From Dehalococcoidia bacterium (GTDB taxonomy: Bacteria; Chloroflexota; Dehalococcoidia; Lucifugimonadales; Australimonadaceae), in assembly GCA_965220205.1 (NCBI GenBank), contig OZ244812.1, positions 1,705,678 to 1,769,677 of the forward strand: a DNA stretch of 64,000 nucleotides. Reading direction: 5' to 3'. The number at the start of each line of letters is the position of its first letter. Position 1 is the stretch's first letter. The notes under the pieces were generated by a model. The model saw only the letters and a program-made list of their open reading frames with translations, did not search any database and had not been told where the DNA came from. Both the position numbers and the translations under genes were made by a program. Of the stretch, positions 35,574-45,662 are shown one piece after another.

Positions 35574-35602
35574 TTGACAGGTTCTGCGCGAGGTGCTATA
35601 GT
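35574..35602 (+). promoter_or_regulatory. Near-consensus sigma-70-type promoter upstream of the 5S rRNA gene
   Basis: TTGACA (35574-35579), a 17-nt spacer, then TATAGT (35597-35602). The mature 5S 5-prime end lies about 15 nt downstream. Confidence 0.6.
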
Positions 35603-35616
35603 TTTCTGACAGCTTT

Positions 35617-35729
35617 TGGTGGTCAGAGCGAGGCGGAAACACCCGTTCCCATCCCGAACACGGAAGTGAAACGCTTCAGCGCCGACGGTACTGGTGGAGC
35701 AATCCGCTGGGAGAATAGGCCACCGCCAA
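35617..35729 (+). rRNA. rrf: 5S ribosomal RNA (stand-alone gene)
   Basis: Contains CCCGUUCCCAUCCCGAACACGGAAGUGAAACGC...CAGCGCCGACGGUACUG...GGGAGAAUAGG. Terminal helix UGGUGGUC / GGCCACCGCCA. About 113 nt. No 16S or 23S in the window. Confidence 0.9.
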
Positions 35730-35746
35730 GAGCTCAATTAGCAACG

Positions 35747-35778
35747 AGGCCCGGGTCTGCAAGATCCGGGCCTTTCTT
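35747..35778 (+). terminator. Rho-independent terminator after the 5S rRNA gene
   Basis: AGGCCCGG, an 11-nt loop, then CCGGGCCT followed by TTCTT. Confidence 0.7.
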
Positions 35779-35850
35779 CATGTTGTCACCGCGGTGGCGC
35801 AGGACTACAATCGATGAGTAGGTCTAGGAGACCGTGATTGCGGGGTCAAT

Positions 35851-37029
35851 GTGGCGGAAGAGCCGGACACGGACCGCCTTAAGCAACCGAGCATGGCGGA
35901 ATTGCTTGAAGAGTCAACTCCACTTCGTGAGTTGCGCCGCGGCGAGATAGTTGAAGGGCAGGTCATGCGGATCGACCAAGATGGCATCTTGGTATCGGTC
36001 GGCCATAAGTCCGAGGGGGTGGTGCCGCAGCGCGAGATGCGCAGCGTCACGCCCGAGGCGGCAGAGAAGCTCCGCGTCGGCGAGAGCATCCTGGTGTACG
36101 TCCTCGACGCAGCCAACGGCGAGGGCCAGGCGGTGCTCTCCGTGGACCGGGCGCGGGGCGAGGCGGCGTGGCACGTGCTGGAGGAGCTGTCCGAGAGCGG
36201 CGGTACGGTCCAGGCGCGAATCACCGGGTACAACCGTGGAGGGGCGGTGGTGGACGTCGACGGCCTGCAGGCCTTCATCCCGCTCTCGCAGGCGGTCCTG
36301 CCGCAGGGCGTGGAGCACGAGGCGGCCCTGGCGGCGCGCGTCGGCGAAGAGGTCACCGTCAAGGTGCTCGAGGTCAACCGGCGCCGGAACCGGGCGGTCC
36401 TCTCCGAGCGGGCGGCAATGCGCGAGCAGCGCGAAGGCCTGAAGGACAAGCTGCTCGACGTTCTCGAGGAGGGCGAGCGCCGAACGGGCCGGGTCACGGG
36501 AGTCTCGAGCTTCGGCGCCTTTGTCGATATCGGAGGCGCCGACGGGTTGATTCACATATCGGAGCTGTCCTGGGCGCCCGTGGCGTCTGTCGAGGAGGTG
36601 GTGCAGGTCGGTCAGGAAGTGGATGTCTACGTGCTGCGGGTCGACCGGGAGTCGCGCCGCATCGCGCTGAGCCTGCGCCGACTGGAACCGACGCCCTGGG
36701 AGCAGGCCGCGACGAGGTTCCAGTTGGGCCAACTCGTGACGGGGACGATCACCAAACTGACGGACTTTGGCGCGTTCGCCCGCATCGAAGACACCGTAGA
36801 GGGCCTGATTCACGTCTCAGAGTTGACGGAAAGGCACATCAGACACCCAAGGGAAGTTGTCGACGTGGGCGATACAATGGCCATGCGTATAGTGAGCATG
36901 GACCTGGAGCGGCATCGCCTGAGCCTGAGCCTGCGCCAGGCGGACGATAGCCCAACCGAGTACCGCGACCCCGACCCCGGCTCCTCTCGATGGAGCTTCG
37001 AGGCCGACGACGAGGAGTCGTACCGCTAG
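35851..37029 (+). CDS. rpsA: 30S ribosomal protein S1 (short form with four S1 domains)
   Basis: Four repeats of the S1 OB-fold pattern (GEIVEGQVMRI.., GGTVQARITGY.., GERRTGRVTGVSSFGAFVDIGG.DGLIHISEL, GQLVTGTITKLTDFGAFARIEDTVEGLIHVSEL). The start could be GTG 35851 or ATG 35893. Confidence 0.88.
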   Translation: MAEEPDTDRLKQPSMAELLEESTPLRELRRGEIVEGQVMRIDQDGILVSVGHKSEGVVPQREMRSVTPEAAEKLRVGESILVYVLDAANGEGQAVLSVDRARGEAAWHVLEELSESGGTVQARITGYNRGGAVVDVDGLQAFIPLSQAVLPQGVEHEAALAARVGEEVTVKVLEVNRRRNRAVLSERAAMREQREGLKDKLLDVLEEGERRTGRVTGVSSFGAFVDIGGADGLIHISELSWAPVASVEEVVQVGQEVDVYVLRVDRESRRIALSLRRLEPTPWEQAATRFQLGQLVTGTITKLTDFGAFARIEDTVEGLIHVSELTERHIRHPREVVDVGDTMAMRIVSMDLERHRLSLSLRQADDSPTEYRDPDPGSSRWSFEADDEESYR

Positions 37030-37073
37030 ACCGAAGTGTCGAATATCGACATGGGCGTGGAGAAGCCAAGATC

Positions 37074-39539
37074 ATGGCAAGCAGATTCGAGAAGTTCTCA
37101 GAGCGCGCGCGCAGGGTGCTGTCACTCGCACAAGAGGAAGCACAGCGCTTCAACCACAACTATATAGGGACGGAGCACATTCTGCTTGGCTTGGCCCGAG
37201 AGACCGACGGCGTGGCCGCGCGCGTGATGAGCAGCCTCGGCGTAGAGCTCTCGAAGGTCCGGTCGGCGGTGGAGTTCATCATCGGCAGGGGCGAGCGCCC
37301 CTCGCCGGGCGACATCGGGCTCACGCCCCGCGCCAAGAAGGTGATCGAGCTTGCGGTGGACGAGGCGCGCCGGCTGAGCCATCACTACATCGGCACGGAG
37401 CACCTGCTCATCGGCATCATGCGGGAAGGGGAAGGCGTGGCCGCAGGCGTCCTCGAAAGCCTGGGCGTCTCCTTGGACAAGGTCCGCGCCGAGACGACGC
37501 GCATCCTGAACCAGAGCGTGTCGCAGGGGCACGGGCAGCGCCCGGGAAGCACGCGCACGCCTACGCTCGACCAGCTGGGCATCGACCTCACCGCGGCCTC
37601 CCGCGCGGGCAAACTCGACCCGGTCATCGGCCGGTCGAAGGAGATTGCCCGCGTGATTCAGATACTGAGCAGACGCACGAAGAACAACCCGGTGCTCATC
37701 GGCCCGCCCGGCGTGGGCAAGACGGCAATCGTCGAGGCTCTGGCGCATCGCGTCGTCAGTGGGGGCGTCCCGGAGAACCTGGGCAACAAGCGCGTTGTCA
37801 CTATGGACATGGGCGCGCTGGTCGCCGGAACGAAGTACCGCGGCGAGTTCGAGGAACGCCTCAAGAAGGTCATCGAAGAGATCAAGTCCGCCGGCAACTG
37901 TGTGCTGTTCATCGACGAGATGCACACGATGGTTGGCGCGGGCGCCGCTGAGGGAGCGGTGGACGCCGCCAACATCCTCAAGCCGTCATTGGCGCGCGGC
38001 GAGCTGCAGTGCATCGGCGCGACGACCCTCGACGACTACCGCAAGTACGTTGAGCGCGACCCGGCGCTCGAGCGCCGCTTCCAACCCGTCAACGTCGAGG
38101 AGCCGACCACCGAGGAGACGGTGGATATCCTCAAGGGCATCAAGAGCAAGTTCGAGGAGCACCACGGCGTTGCCATCGAGGACGACGCCTTGCAGGCGGC
38201 GGCCCACCTCGCCTCGCGGTTCATCGCCGACCGCTGGCTGCCCGACAAGGCCATCGATCTGATGGACGAGGCGGGTTCGCGCGTGCGCATCCGCACGAGC
38301 GGCACTCCACTCTCCGTCAAGGAGTCGCAGAAGGTGCTGGAGACGGTCCGCCGCGAGAAGGACGAGGCCATCAATCAGTCGCAGTACGAGTACGCCGCGG
38401 AGCTCCGCGACCGCGAGCTGAAGCTCGCCGAAAAGCTCCAGGCGCTCCAGGCTGAGTGGCAAGCCTCAACGCCCGACGAGCAACCCGTCGTTACCCCTGA
38501 GGAGATTGCCGAAGTCGTCAGCATGTGGACCGGCATCCCGGTGACCCGTATGGCGGTGGAGGAGACCGAGCGCCTGCTGCACATGGAGGAGAACATCCAC
38601 CGGCGGATCGTCGGGCAGGAAGAGGCGATCGTCAAAATCTCCAAGGCGGTGCGGCGCGCTCGCGCGGGCCTCAAGGACCCGCGCCGCCCCATCGGCAGCT
38701 TCCTCTTCCTCGGGCCCACGGGCGTGGGCAAGACCGAGTTGGTCCGTGCTCTCGCCGAGTTCATGTTCGGCTCCGACGACATGATGATCCGGTTGGACAT
38801 GTCCGAGTTCATGGAACGCCACACGGTCGCACGTCTGGTCGGCGCGCCTCCCGGCTACGTCGGCTACGACGAGGGCGGACAGCTCACCGACGCGGTCCGC
38901 CGTCACGGCTACACGTGCATTCTGTTCGACGAGATCGAGAAGGCACACCCCGAGGTGTTCAACATCTTGCTGCAGATATTCGACGACGGTCACCTGACCG
39001 ACGCGAAGGGCCGCAAGGTGGACTTCCGCAACACCATCGTCGTGATGACCTCGAACATCGGGTCGGACCTAATCAAGCGCGAGACGGGCATCGGCTTCGC
39101 GGTCCAACACGATGACGACAAGGCAGCCGGGTACGCGTACGAAAAGATGAAGGGGAAGGTCGAGGATGAGGTCAAGCGCTTCTTCCGGCCTGAGTTCCTC
39201 AACCGCATCGACGGTCAAGTCGTGTTCCACTCGCTCTCGAAGGAGCACATCGTCAGCATCGTGGACCTGATGCTGAACGACGTGCGCAAGCCCATGCTGG
39301 AGAAGGGCCTCACCCTCGAGGTGACCCTCGCCGCGAAGAACTGGCTCGGCGAGAAGGGCTACGACCCGAACTTCGGCGCCCGCCCGCTGCGCAGACTGAT
39401 CGAGCAGGCCATCGAGGACCCGCTATCGGACGAAGTGCTCAGCGGCCGGTACAAGCCGGGCGACACCGTGATTGTCGATGTCAACGCCGACGACGGCGAG
39501 TTGCTCATCAGCCCGCAGGTCGAGGCAACCGCCACCTAA
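37074..39539 (+). CDS. clpC: ATP-dependent Clp protease ATP-binding subunit ClpC
   Basis: ATG 37074. Double Clp-N repeat ([33 protein letters not shown] / [32 protein letters not shown]), two AAA modules ([17 protein letters not shown]), and a UVR-like linker ([10 protein letters not shown]). Confidence 0.92.
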   Translation: MASRFEKFSERARRVLSLAQEEAQRFNHNYIGTEHILLGLARETDGVAARVMSSLGVELSKVRSAVEFIIGRGERPSPGDIGLTPRAKKVIELAVDEARRLSHHYIGTEHLLIGIMREGEGVAAGVLESLGVSLDKVRAETTRILNQSVSQGHGQRPGSTRTPTLDQLGIDLTAASRAGKLDPVIGRSKEIARVIQILSRRTKNNPVLIGPPGVGKTAIVEALAHRVVSGGVPENLGNKRVVTMDMGALVAGTKYRGEFEERLKKVIEEIKSAGNCVLFIDEMHTMVGAGAAEGAVDAANILKPSLARGELQCIGATTLDDYRKYVERDPALERRFQPVNVEEPTTEETVDILKGIKSKFEEHHGVAIEDDALQAAAHLASRFIADRWLPDKAIDLMDEAGSRVRIRTSGTPLSVKESQKVLETVRREKDEAINQSQYEYAAELRDRELKLAEKLQALQAEWQASTPDEQPVVTPEEIAEVVSMWTGIPVTRMAVEETERLLHMEENIHRRIVGQEEAIVKISKAVRRARAGLKDPRRPIGSFLFLGPTGVGKTELVRALAEFMFGSDDMMIRLDMSEFMERHTVARLVGAPPGYVGYDEGGQLTDAVRRHGYTCILFDEIEKAHPEVFNILLQIFDDGHLTDAKGRKVDFRNTIVVMTSNIGSDLIKRETGIGFAVQHDDDKAAGYAYEKMKGKVEDEVKRFFRPEFLNRIDGQVVFHSLSKEHIVSIVDLMLNDVRKPMLEKGLTLEVTLAAKNWLGEKGYDPNFGARPLRRLIEQAIEDPLSDEVLSGRYKPGDTVIVDVNADDGELLISPQVEATAT

Positions 39540-39563
39540 GCAGCACGGACGCGGATTCAATGG

Positions 39564-39597
39564 GAGGGGGACGCACTGCGTCCCCCTCTTCTTTTCT
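39564..39597. terminator. Strong hairpin terminator between convergent clpC and the VOC gene
   Basis: GAGGGGGACGC, loop ACT, then GCGTCCCCCTC followed by TTCTTTTCT on the plus strand. Confidence 0.75.
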
Positions 39598-39630
39598 CCC
39601 GCGTGGAGCGCACGCCCCTGGGCCGCCGAC

Positions 39631-40851
39631 CTACCCCAGCGGGCCGAGGAACGTCTGGTCGGCGTAGGTGTCCGAGAGCGGGTCGAGCGTCTCGGGCCAC
39701 TCGGCCGCCGCGACCCGCCGGGCCTCGTGGGGGCGCGGGACGCCCTGCCAGCCGAGTTGCTCCATGTAGTAGTAGAGCTGGACGGCGTGACCGTCGGGGT
39801 CCAACGCGTAGGCCGCGTAGTCGATTCCCGGGTGCAGCTCCGGCGGCATGTCGATGAACTCCACGCCGTGTTCGCGCAGGAAGGCGACGCCGTTGCGCAG
39901 TTGCGCGTAGCTCCCCACCCGTACGCCGAATGACGCCGACGTGCTCTTGTCGGTAAGGCCAAGCTCGTCGCGCGCGGACTTCGGGAACAGCCCGAGGCTG
40001 TGGTGCTCGGCGCCGACTCGCAGGAACGCGAAACGCTTGCCGGCATAGGCAACGTCCTCGGTGAGCGTGAAGCCAAGCTCGCGGGTGTAGAACTCGACCG
40101 AGGCGTCCACGTCGTCGACGAAGATGTTGACGGGACCGATGTTCGTGATCTTGAACGGCCGCGGAAGCAGCACGCCCTCGACGTCGTAGACGAACGGCAT
40201 GTCGTCGAGGTCGCGGAACCCGGACTCAATGTCGATGCCCCGCTCCTTTGCCTCCTCGACCTCGGCCTCCTCCGACGGCTGTGGGAGCTCCGGCGCCTCG
40301 GCGAACCGCCGGTAGTGCATATCGCGCGGCTTGCTCCGGCCTCCCCAGCCGATCTGCTCCATGCCGTAGTAGAGCTCGACGGTGTGCCCGTCGGGGTCGG
40401 AGATATACGTGTGCCAGTTGCTGCCGGGCATATCGCGCCCGGAGCGGTTGACCCTGACGCCGCGCTCTCGGAAGAACTCGACGCCGTTCACCACCTCGGC
40501 CAGGGAGCCGGTCTGCCATGTGATCTGGTTGATGTCGACGCCGGCGGGCCCTCCCCGGATGGCTTCCAGCGCCTCCCGGGGGAAGAGCACGAAGGAGTGG
40601 TGGTCGGTGTTGTAGTGGAAGAACCCGCCCTTGCCGCTCGCGATCCCCTTCTCCTCGAGGACCTTTGCGCGCTCGGGGTTGGCGGCGAAATCGATGATGT
40701 CGGACTGCTTGAAGCCCAGCAGACCCCGGTAGAAGTGGATGCACTCGTCCATCCGGTAGACGTTGTAGCCGAAGTGGCCGAGTCGCCGCAGCTTGAACGG
40801 CCTGGCCAAGCGGACCCCGCCGACGCTGTAGATCTTTTCCTGCGTAGCCAT
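39631..40851 (-). CDS. VOC-superfamily protein (glyoxalase / extradiol dioxygenase-like, tandem modules)
   Basis: 406 aa with repeated beta-alpha-beta-beta-beta module signatures (LGHFGYNVYRMDECIHFYRGLLGF, GPVNIFVDDVDASVEFYTRELGF, DPDGHTVELYY, DPDGHAVQLYY). Confidence 0.8.
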   Translation of the reverse strand: MATQEKIYSVGGVRLARPFKLRRLGHFGYNVYRMDECIHFYRGLLGFKQSDIIDFAANPERAKVLEEKGIASGKGGFFHYNTDHHSFVLFPREALEAIRGGPAGVDINQITWQTGSLAEVVNGVEFFRERGVRVNRSGRDMPGSNWHTYISDPDGHTVELYYGMEQIGWGGRSKPRDMHYRRFAEAPELPQPSEEAEVEEAKERGIDIESGFRDLDDMPFVYDVEGVLLPRPFKITNIGPVNIFVDDVDASVEFYTRELGFTLTEDVAYAGKRFAFLRVGAEHHSLGLFPKSARDELGLTDKSTSASFGVRVGSYAQLRNGVAFLREHGVEFIDMPPELHPGIDYAAYALDPDGHAVQLYYYMEQLGWQGVPRPHEARRVAAAEWPETLDPLSDTYADQTFLGPLG

Positions 40852-40892
40852 AGCTGGACTCCCCTACTCCATATGCTTCATGCCACAAGCTT

Positions 40893-41651
40893 CTAAGCTT
40901 CCAGCGCAGTGATTCGTCGCTCGAGGTCCTGCACAGCGGCGTAGTCCTCGTCGAGCAGCTTGTAGCATCGCTCGACGTAGAACTGCGCGAGGCTTGCGCC
41001 CCGTTCGCTCATATCACGGGCGGCCCGGCGCACCCTATCCGTCCAGTAGCGCGTGGGCAACAGGCGCTCCAACGCCTCCAGCGACGCCTCGCTCTCGCTG
41101 ACCAGCGCAGTGTCGCCCCGCTCCTGTGCGAAACGGAGCGTGCCAACGAGCTTCGATAGCTCGCCAAGGCGGTCGCGCTCGGTCAGCAGCTCGTACAACA
41201 TGCGCTGGACATCGACCGACGCATCGGCGGCGATGGCGGCGGGCTCCGGAGCGTGGGCGGGCACGCTGTCGCGGTGGCGCTCGTAGAGCCGGTTGTACTC
41301 CTGCACGGCCTCGGCCGCCTCGTGCATCGCCGCGGCGATGTCGCCGAGCGTGACGTTGCCGCCCATCACCAGGTCGTCGCCTCGGAGCCGGGCGAGCGCC
41401 TCCAGGTACGGCAATCCGTCGACCTGCTCAGGGGCCGGGGGCGCCGCAAAGCTGCCCATGCCGGCGCCAAGCGCCTCGCCGGCCATTCCGCCCAGCTGGG
41501 ACGCGAGCAACGGCGGCAGGTACTTGCCCATGTCCATGGGGACCGGGAGCACGACCGCGTAGGTGGCGAGCACGTCCGGGCCGGAGCGGAAGTAGACGAT
41601 GGCATGGCCGAGCGGCCTGTCCGGATCGCCGATGTCGAAAGTGAGCGTCAT
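40893..41651 (-). CDS. Hypothetical protein
   Basis: ATG 41651 (MTLTFDIGDPDRPLGHAIVYF...). 252 aa with a helical C-terminal half. No recognised motif. Divergent from the ABC-2 exporter genes. Confidence 0.5.
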   Translation of the reverse strand: MTLTFDIGDPDRPLGHAIVYFRSGPDVLATYAVVLPVPMDMGKYLPPLLASQLGGMAGEALGAGMGSFAAPPAPEQVDGLPYLEALARLRGDDLVMGGNVTLGDIAAAMHEAAEAVQEYNRLYERHRDSVPAHAPEPAAIAADASVDVQRMLYELLTERDRLGELSKLVGTLRFAQERGDTALVSESEASLEALERLLPTRYWTDRVRRAARDMSERGASLAQFYVERCYKLLDEDYAAVQDLERRITALEA

Positions 41652-41791
41652 GTGCCGCGCCTCCCCGCACATTATAGGCCCGCCAACGACACGCTTTCCC
41701 CTTGGCTCCGGCACCCGCGCTCTGGCACGATTACCGTCCGGCCACCGGCTCGCGCCGAGCCTGCAACCCCCGCCAAGCAAGACGGAAACTC

Positions 41792-42700
41792 GTGAACAGC
41801 TACGTCATCAAGACCAGTGGCCTGACCAAGCGCTTCGGCCGGATCCTAGCCGTAGACGATCTTTCCATCCAGGTGCCCCGCGGCCACGTCTTCGGGTTGC
41901 TGGGCCCCAACGGCTCCGGCAAGACCACCACCATGAATATGTTGCTGGGCCTGATCAAGCCCACCGCCGGGAAGTTCAGTCTGTTCGGCTCCTCCGAGAG
42001 GAGCGACAAGACGCTGCGCCGCGTTGGCGCCATCATCGAAAGCCCCACCTTCTATCCCTACCTCACCGGCCGTCAGAACCTCGCCTACTTCCAGGGCGTC
42101 CTGGGCAGAGGCAGCCCCAGAGAGCTCGACAGCCTGCTCGAGCAGGTGGGGCTGGCAGGGCGGGGCGACCACCGCTATCAGACCTACTCCCTCGGAATGA
42201 AGCAGCGCTTGGGGCTGGCCTACACCCTCCTGGGAGACCCGGAACTGCTCTTCCTGGACGAGCCCACGAACGGCATGGATCCCGCGGGCGTGGCGGAGAT
42301 TCGGGAGATGATCCGCAGCCTGGCGACCGGCGGGCGCACGGTGCTCCTCTCGAGCCACCTCCTCAACGAGGTCGAGCAGGTGTGCGATAGCTTGGCCATC
42401 CTTTCCAAGGGACGCCTCATCGCCCAGGGGAACATCAAGGATCTCTTACAGACCGAAGGCCAGATCCGCCTGCGCACGACCGACAACGACGAAGCCTTCG
42501 AAATCCTATCTGACCTCGCTTGGGTGCAAGGCGTGAAGACGCAGGGCGGGTCGCTCGTGGCCATGGCCCCTGTAGAGCGCTCCTGGGAACTGACCGCCGT
42601 GTTGAGCCAGTCTCGGGTGTACGTCACCGAGATGAGGCCCATCACGCTGTCTCTGGAGGACTACTTCATGGAGGTCACCGGCGAGGAAGGGTCCGCATGA
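41792..42700 (+). CDS. ABC transporter ATP-binding protein (ABC-2 exporter type)
   Basis: GTG 41792. Walker A GPNGSGKTT, signature YSLGMKQRL, Walker B LLFLDEPTNGMD, H-loop SSHLL. Confidence 0.9.
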   Translation: MNSYVIKTSGLTKRFGRILAVDDLSIQVPRGHVFGLLGPNGSGKTTTMNMLLGLIKPTAGKFSLFGSSERSDKTLRRVGAIIESPTFYPYLTGRQNLAYFQGVLGRGSPRELDSLLEQVGLAGRGDHRYQTYSLGMKQRLGLAYTLLGDPELLFLDEPTNGMDPAGVAEIREMIRSLATGGRTVLLSSHLLNEVEQVCDSLAILSKGRLIAQGNIKDLLQTEGQIRLRTTDNDEAFEILSDLAWVQGVKTQGGSLVAMAPVERSWELTAVLSQSRVYVTEMRPITLSLEDYFMEVTGEEGSA

Positions 42701-43743
42701 GCCAGATCCTCCACGTCCTCCGTCTCACTCGATGGGAGTTGTTCAAGCTCCGGCGCCGGCGGCTGCCGTGGGTGCTGCTGGGCATTGCCCTCGCCATCTC
42801 CCAACTCTTCCTGTGGGGCGCCTATTTCACCTACCACAATTCCGCCATCCGCAGCGTCTTGGTCAACCCGACCAGCACGACTTTCTCCAGCACCGCTATG
42901 GTGGACGGCCAAGAAGTGCCCGTATCCGTTGAAGTGACGTGTTTCAACGCTTTCGACGACGACCTGCCCCCGGAGGCGGCGGCGCTCTCCGAGCGAGAGC
43001 AAATGGCTGTCCGGGAGGCCATGGAAGAGCTGCAGGAGCAATGCGGCAACCCTGAAGACATCGAGTTCGTCTCCGATACGGAATCTTGGCGGTCCGGCTT
43101 TACGCTGCCCGCCAGCCTGGCCGACGAGAACGGCGATGGGCTCCCGTTCTTCATCATGCTCGTCATGGTTTTGGCTGCCTCCGCCATGGGCGCCGAGTAC
43201 GCCTGGGGGACCCTGCGAACGACGATAACCAAGGGTTCGGGACGCTGGCAGCTCATCACGGCCAAGTTTCTGACTATGCTGCTGGCCAGCGCAGGCGCGC
43301 TCGTAGCGTTGGGCGCGGTCACCGCCGCCGCCAGCCTCCTGGCGCACGTCATCCCGCCATCGGAGGAGGGCGGCGTCGCCGACGCGGGAGAGTGGTTGCC
43401 GGTGGCCACGACCCTTGCCAAGACGCTCTACGGATTGGCGCCCTTCATCGCCTTGGCGACATTCCTAGCGGTGTTCAGCTCATCGACAGCCGTCGGCGTC
43501 GCAGTCGGCTTGGGCTACTACTTCGGCGAGCTCATCCTGAGGGGCATTCTCGGCGGCTTCTTCGACTGGTTCCGGCACGTCTCCCCGTACCTGCTGGGGG
43601 AGGCCTCGGGCGACTGGGCAGGCCAAGGCTTCAGCGACGGCGTTCGCCCCTTCCTCGTGGTGCTGGCCTACGTGGTCGTGTTGGTAGCCGCCACGGTCTA
43701 CATCTTCCAGAAGCGAGACATCGGCGGCGCGAAGGGCTCCTAG
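42697..43743 (+). CDS. ABC-2 type transporter permease
   Basis: The ATG overlaps the ATPase TGA (ATGA). One N-terminal TM helix, a large extracytoplasmic loop, then five hydrophobic helices. Confidence 0.75.
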   Translation: MSQILHVLRLTRWELFKLRRRRLPWVLLGIALAISQLFLWGAYFTYHNSAIRSVLVNPTSTTFSSTAMVDGQEVPVSVEVTCFNAFDDDLPPEAAALSEREQMAVREAMEELQEQCGNPEDIEFVSDTESWRSGFTLPASLADENGDGLPFFIMLVMVLAASAMGAEYAWGTLRTTITKGSGRWQLITAKFLTMLLASAGALVALGAVTAAASLLAHVIPPSEEGGVADAGEWLPVATTLAKTLYGLAPFIALATFLAVFSSSTAVGVAVGLGYYFGELILRGILGGFFDWFRHVSPYLLGEASGDWAGQGFSDGVRPFLVVLAYVVVLVAATVYIFQKRDIGGAKGS

Positions 43744-43780
43744 CGCCGGGCGGCGGGACGGCGACAGGGCGCCGCGCTCC

Positions 43781-43809
43781 TTGACACGCCATACCCTGCC
43801 GCGTACTCT
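43781..43809 (+). promoter_or_regulatory. Candidate promoter for the mrp-like cluster
   Basis: TTGACA (43781-43786), a 17-nt spacer, then TACTCT (43804-43809), about 55 nt upstream of the first ORF. Confidence 0.35.
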
Positions 43810-43863
43810 GGCCCGCGAGCCCGCCTCTGGGGGCGGCCTCATGGTTGTGAGGCCGTCGAGCGT

Positions 43864-44514
43864 ATGGGCGGCGAGGCTCAGCCCCTTCGCGACGGATCGG
43901 GAATGAGCGGGAACCTCCGCCCGGCACACACCCACTACCCGGCATGGAAGCACACGGCCCGGCGCGCGGCGCAATGGTCGCTGCTGTTTGGCCTGTGGGT
44001 CGCTCTCTCCGGTCAGACGGGCGTCGAATTCCTCGTGATCGGCGCGGTCGCAGCGGCCGCTGCGATTGGGTTCTCTGAGCTCTTGTTCCGTGGGTCGCAC
44101 GAGGGCCTGTTCGCGCCATCGCCAGCGCGGGTCTCGTGGTACGCGCGCACGACGCTGCGCTTCTTCCTGTACCTCCCCTGGCTGGCGTACCAGATCGTCG
44201 TCTCGAACATCCATGTCGCGTACCTCGTCCTGCACCCGCGCCTCCCCATCGATCCATCGCTTGTCGAGTTCGACACGACACTGCGGTCGGAGGCCGGGCA
44301 GGTGGCGCTGGCACAGTCGATCACGCTTACGCCGGGCACGGTGACGGTCGACGCGTCCAACGGCAGGTTCCTGGTCCACTGCCTCTCCCGCCGGTCCCGC
44401 GCGGGGCTCGCCGAGGGCACGTTGCAGCGCAGGATCGCCGGCGTGTTCGATGAGCAGCGGGCGCCGCGGATCGAGCTCACCGACATCGAGCGTCCCGGCC
44501 AAGTGCCGCTGTGA
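43864..44514 (+). CDS. mrpE: Mrp/Mnh-type antiporter subunit E (MbhA-like)
   Basis: WSLLFGLWVALSG...VSNIHVAYLVLHP...LAQSITLTPGTVTVD is the MrpE signature. The start is uncertain (ATG 43864 or 43903). Confidence 0.8.
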   Translation: MGGEAQPLRDGSGMSGNLRPAHTHYPAWKHTARRAAQWSLLFGLWVALSGQTGVEFLVIGAVAAAAAIGFSELLFRGSHEGLFAPSPARVSWYARTTLRFFLYLPWLAYQIVVSNIHVAYLVLHPRLPIDPSLVEFDTTLRSEAGQVALAQSITLTPGTVTVDASNGRFLVHCLSRRSRAGLAEGTLQRRIAGVFDEQRAPRIELTDIERPGQVPL

Positions 44515-44801
44515 GCGAGCTCGTGGCGGCGGCGAGCCTGGTGACCGCTTTCAGCGCGATCATGTTCCTGCGGGTCGTGCGTGGCCCCACGGTGTTCGAC
44601 CGTCTCCTCGCCGCCGGGGCCATCGGCACGAACACGATCGCGTTTCTCGCGATCGCCGGTTTCATCTTCGAGCGTCCCGATATGTTCGTAGACCTCGCCT
44701 TGAGCTACGCCCTACTGAACTTCATCGGCACGGTCGCCGCAGCCAAATATCTCGAGCGGCGCGGGCCTGACGACGCTTCCGCCGACGGCGAAACGTCGTG
44801 A
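44511..44801 (+). CDS. mrpF: Mrp/Mnh-type antiporter subunit F
   Basis: 96 aa. FLRVVRGPTVFDRLLAAGAIGTN matches the MrpF motif. The GTG overlaps the previous stop. Confidence 0.8.
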   Translation: MSELVAAASLVTAFSAIMFLRVVRGPTVFDRLLAAGAIGTNTIAFLAIAGFIFERPDMFVDLALSYALLNFIGTVAAAKYLERRGPDDASADGETS

Positions 44802-45124
44802 GCATCGTCGCGCTAACGCTGCTAGCGGCGGGGCTTTTCCTGATGGGCGTCACTGCCTTGGGCATGCTGCGGCTGCCCGACTTCTTCAGTCGCGTCCACG
44901 CCGTCTCGAAGGTCGAGACGCTCGGAATCGCCCTGGTGTTGCTGTCGCTCATGGCGCACAACGGCGCGAGCCTGACAAGCCTAAAGCTTGCGCTGATCGT
45001 GCTGTTCGTAGGCATCGCGAACCCCGTTGGCGCGCATGTGTTGACCAGGGCGGCTGTGCGCACCGGGCTGATGCCGTGGCGACAGTCCGGGTCGGGCGAC
45101 CGCGCCCGGGCGGAGGAGGCATAG
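44798..45124 (+). CDS. mrpG: Mrp/Mnh-type antiporter subunit G
   Basis: 108 aa. LGMLRLPDFFSRVHAVSKVETLG is the MrpG signature. Confidence 0.85.
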   Translation: MSIVALTLLAAGLFLMGVTALGMLRLPDFFSRVHAVSKVETLGIALVLLSLMAHNGASLTSLKLALIVLFVGIANPVGAHVLTRAAVRTGLMPWRQSGSGDRARAEEA

Positions 45125-45369
45125 TGGTCTGGGGCATCGAACTCGCGCTGTACGCATTCCTCGTCGTCGTGGCGGTGTTGGCATTGGAGATCCGCGACAT
45201 GTTGGCGGCGGTCGCAGCGCTGACGGTCTACAGCTTTCTCGCGGCCGCCCTGCTGGCCATCATGGGCGCGGTCGACGTCGCGCTGACGGAGGCGGCGCTC
45301 GGCGCCGGCATCACCGGCGTCCTGTTCATCGGCGGCATCAGCCTGATAGGCCGGAGGTCGGTCGATTGA
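45124..45369 (+). CDS. Small membrane subunit, MbhD/DUF4040-like
   Basis: GTG 45124 overlaps the mrpG stop. 81 aa with three hydrophobic helices. Position is equivalent to MbhD in Mbh/Mrp-type clusters. Confidence 0.55.
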   Translation: MVWGIELALYAFLVVVAVLALEIRDMLAAVAALTVYSFLAAALLAIMGAVDVALTEAALGAGITGVLFIGGISLIGRRSVD

Positions 45370-45662
45370 GGTTGCTCGGCCTGGCCCTCGCTGTGGTAGT
45401 CGTCGCCCTGTTCGGCTACGTCTCGGCCGACCTGCCCGACCGCGGCGCCGTCGACGCGCCGGCGAACGTGCACCTAGCGCCGGAGTTCGTCGAGCTCACC
45501 GAGGACCACGACGTGGTCGGCATCCCCAACTTGGTCACGGCGGTCCTCGCTGATTTCCGGAGCTATGACACCCTCGGGGAGACGGTGGTCGTCTTCACGG
45601 GCGGCCTCGCTGTGCTGCTGGTGCTCACACGAAGAAGGGGGCGCGATGACGGAACGTCATGA
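45366..45662 (+). CDS. MnhB-domain N-terminal part (MbhE-like)
   Basis: 98 aa. NLVTAVLADFRSYDTLGETVVVF is the conserved MnhB-family motif. Confidence 0.65.
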   Translation: MRLLGLALAVVVVALFGYVSADLPDRGAVDAPANVHLAPEFVELTEDHDVVGIPNLVTAVLADFRSYDTLGETVVVFTGGLAVLLVLTRRRGRDDGTS

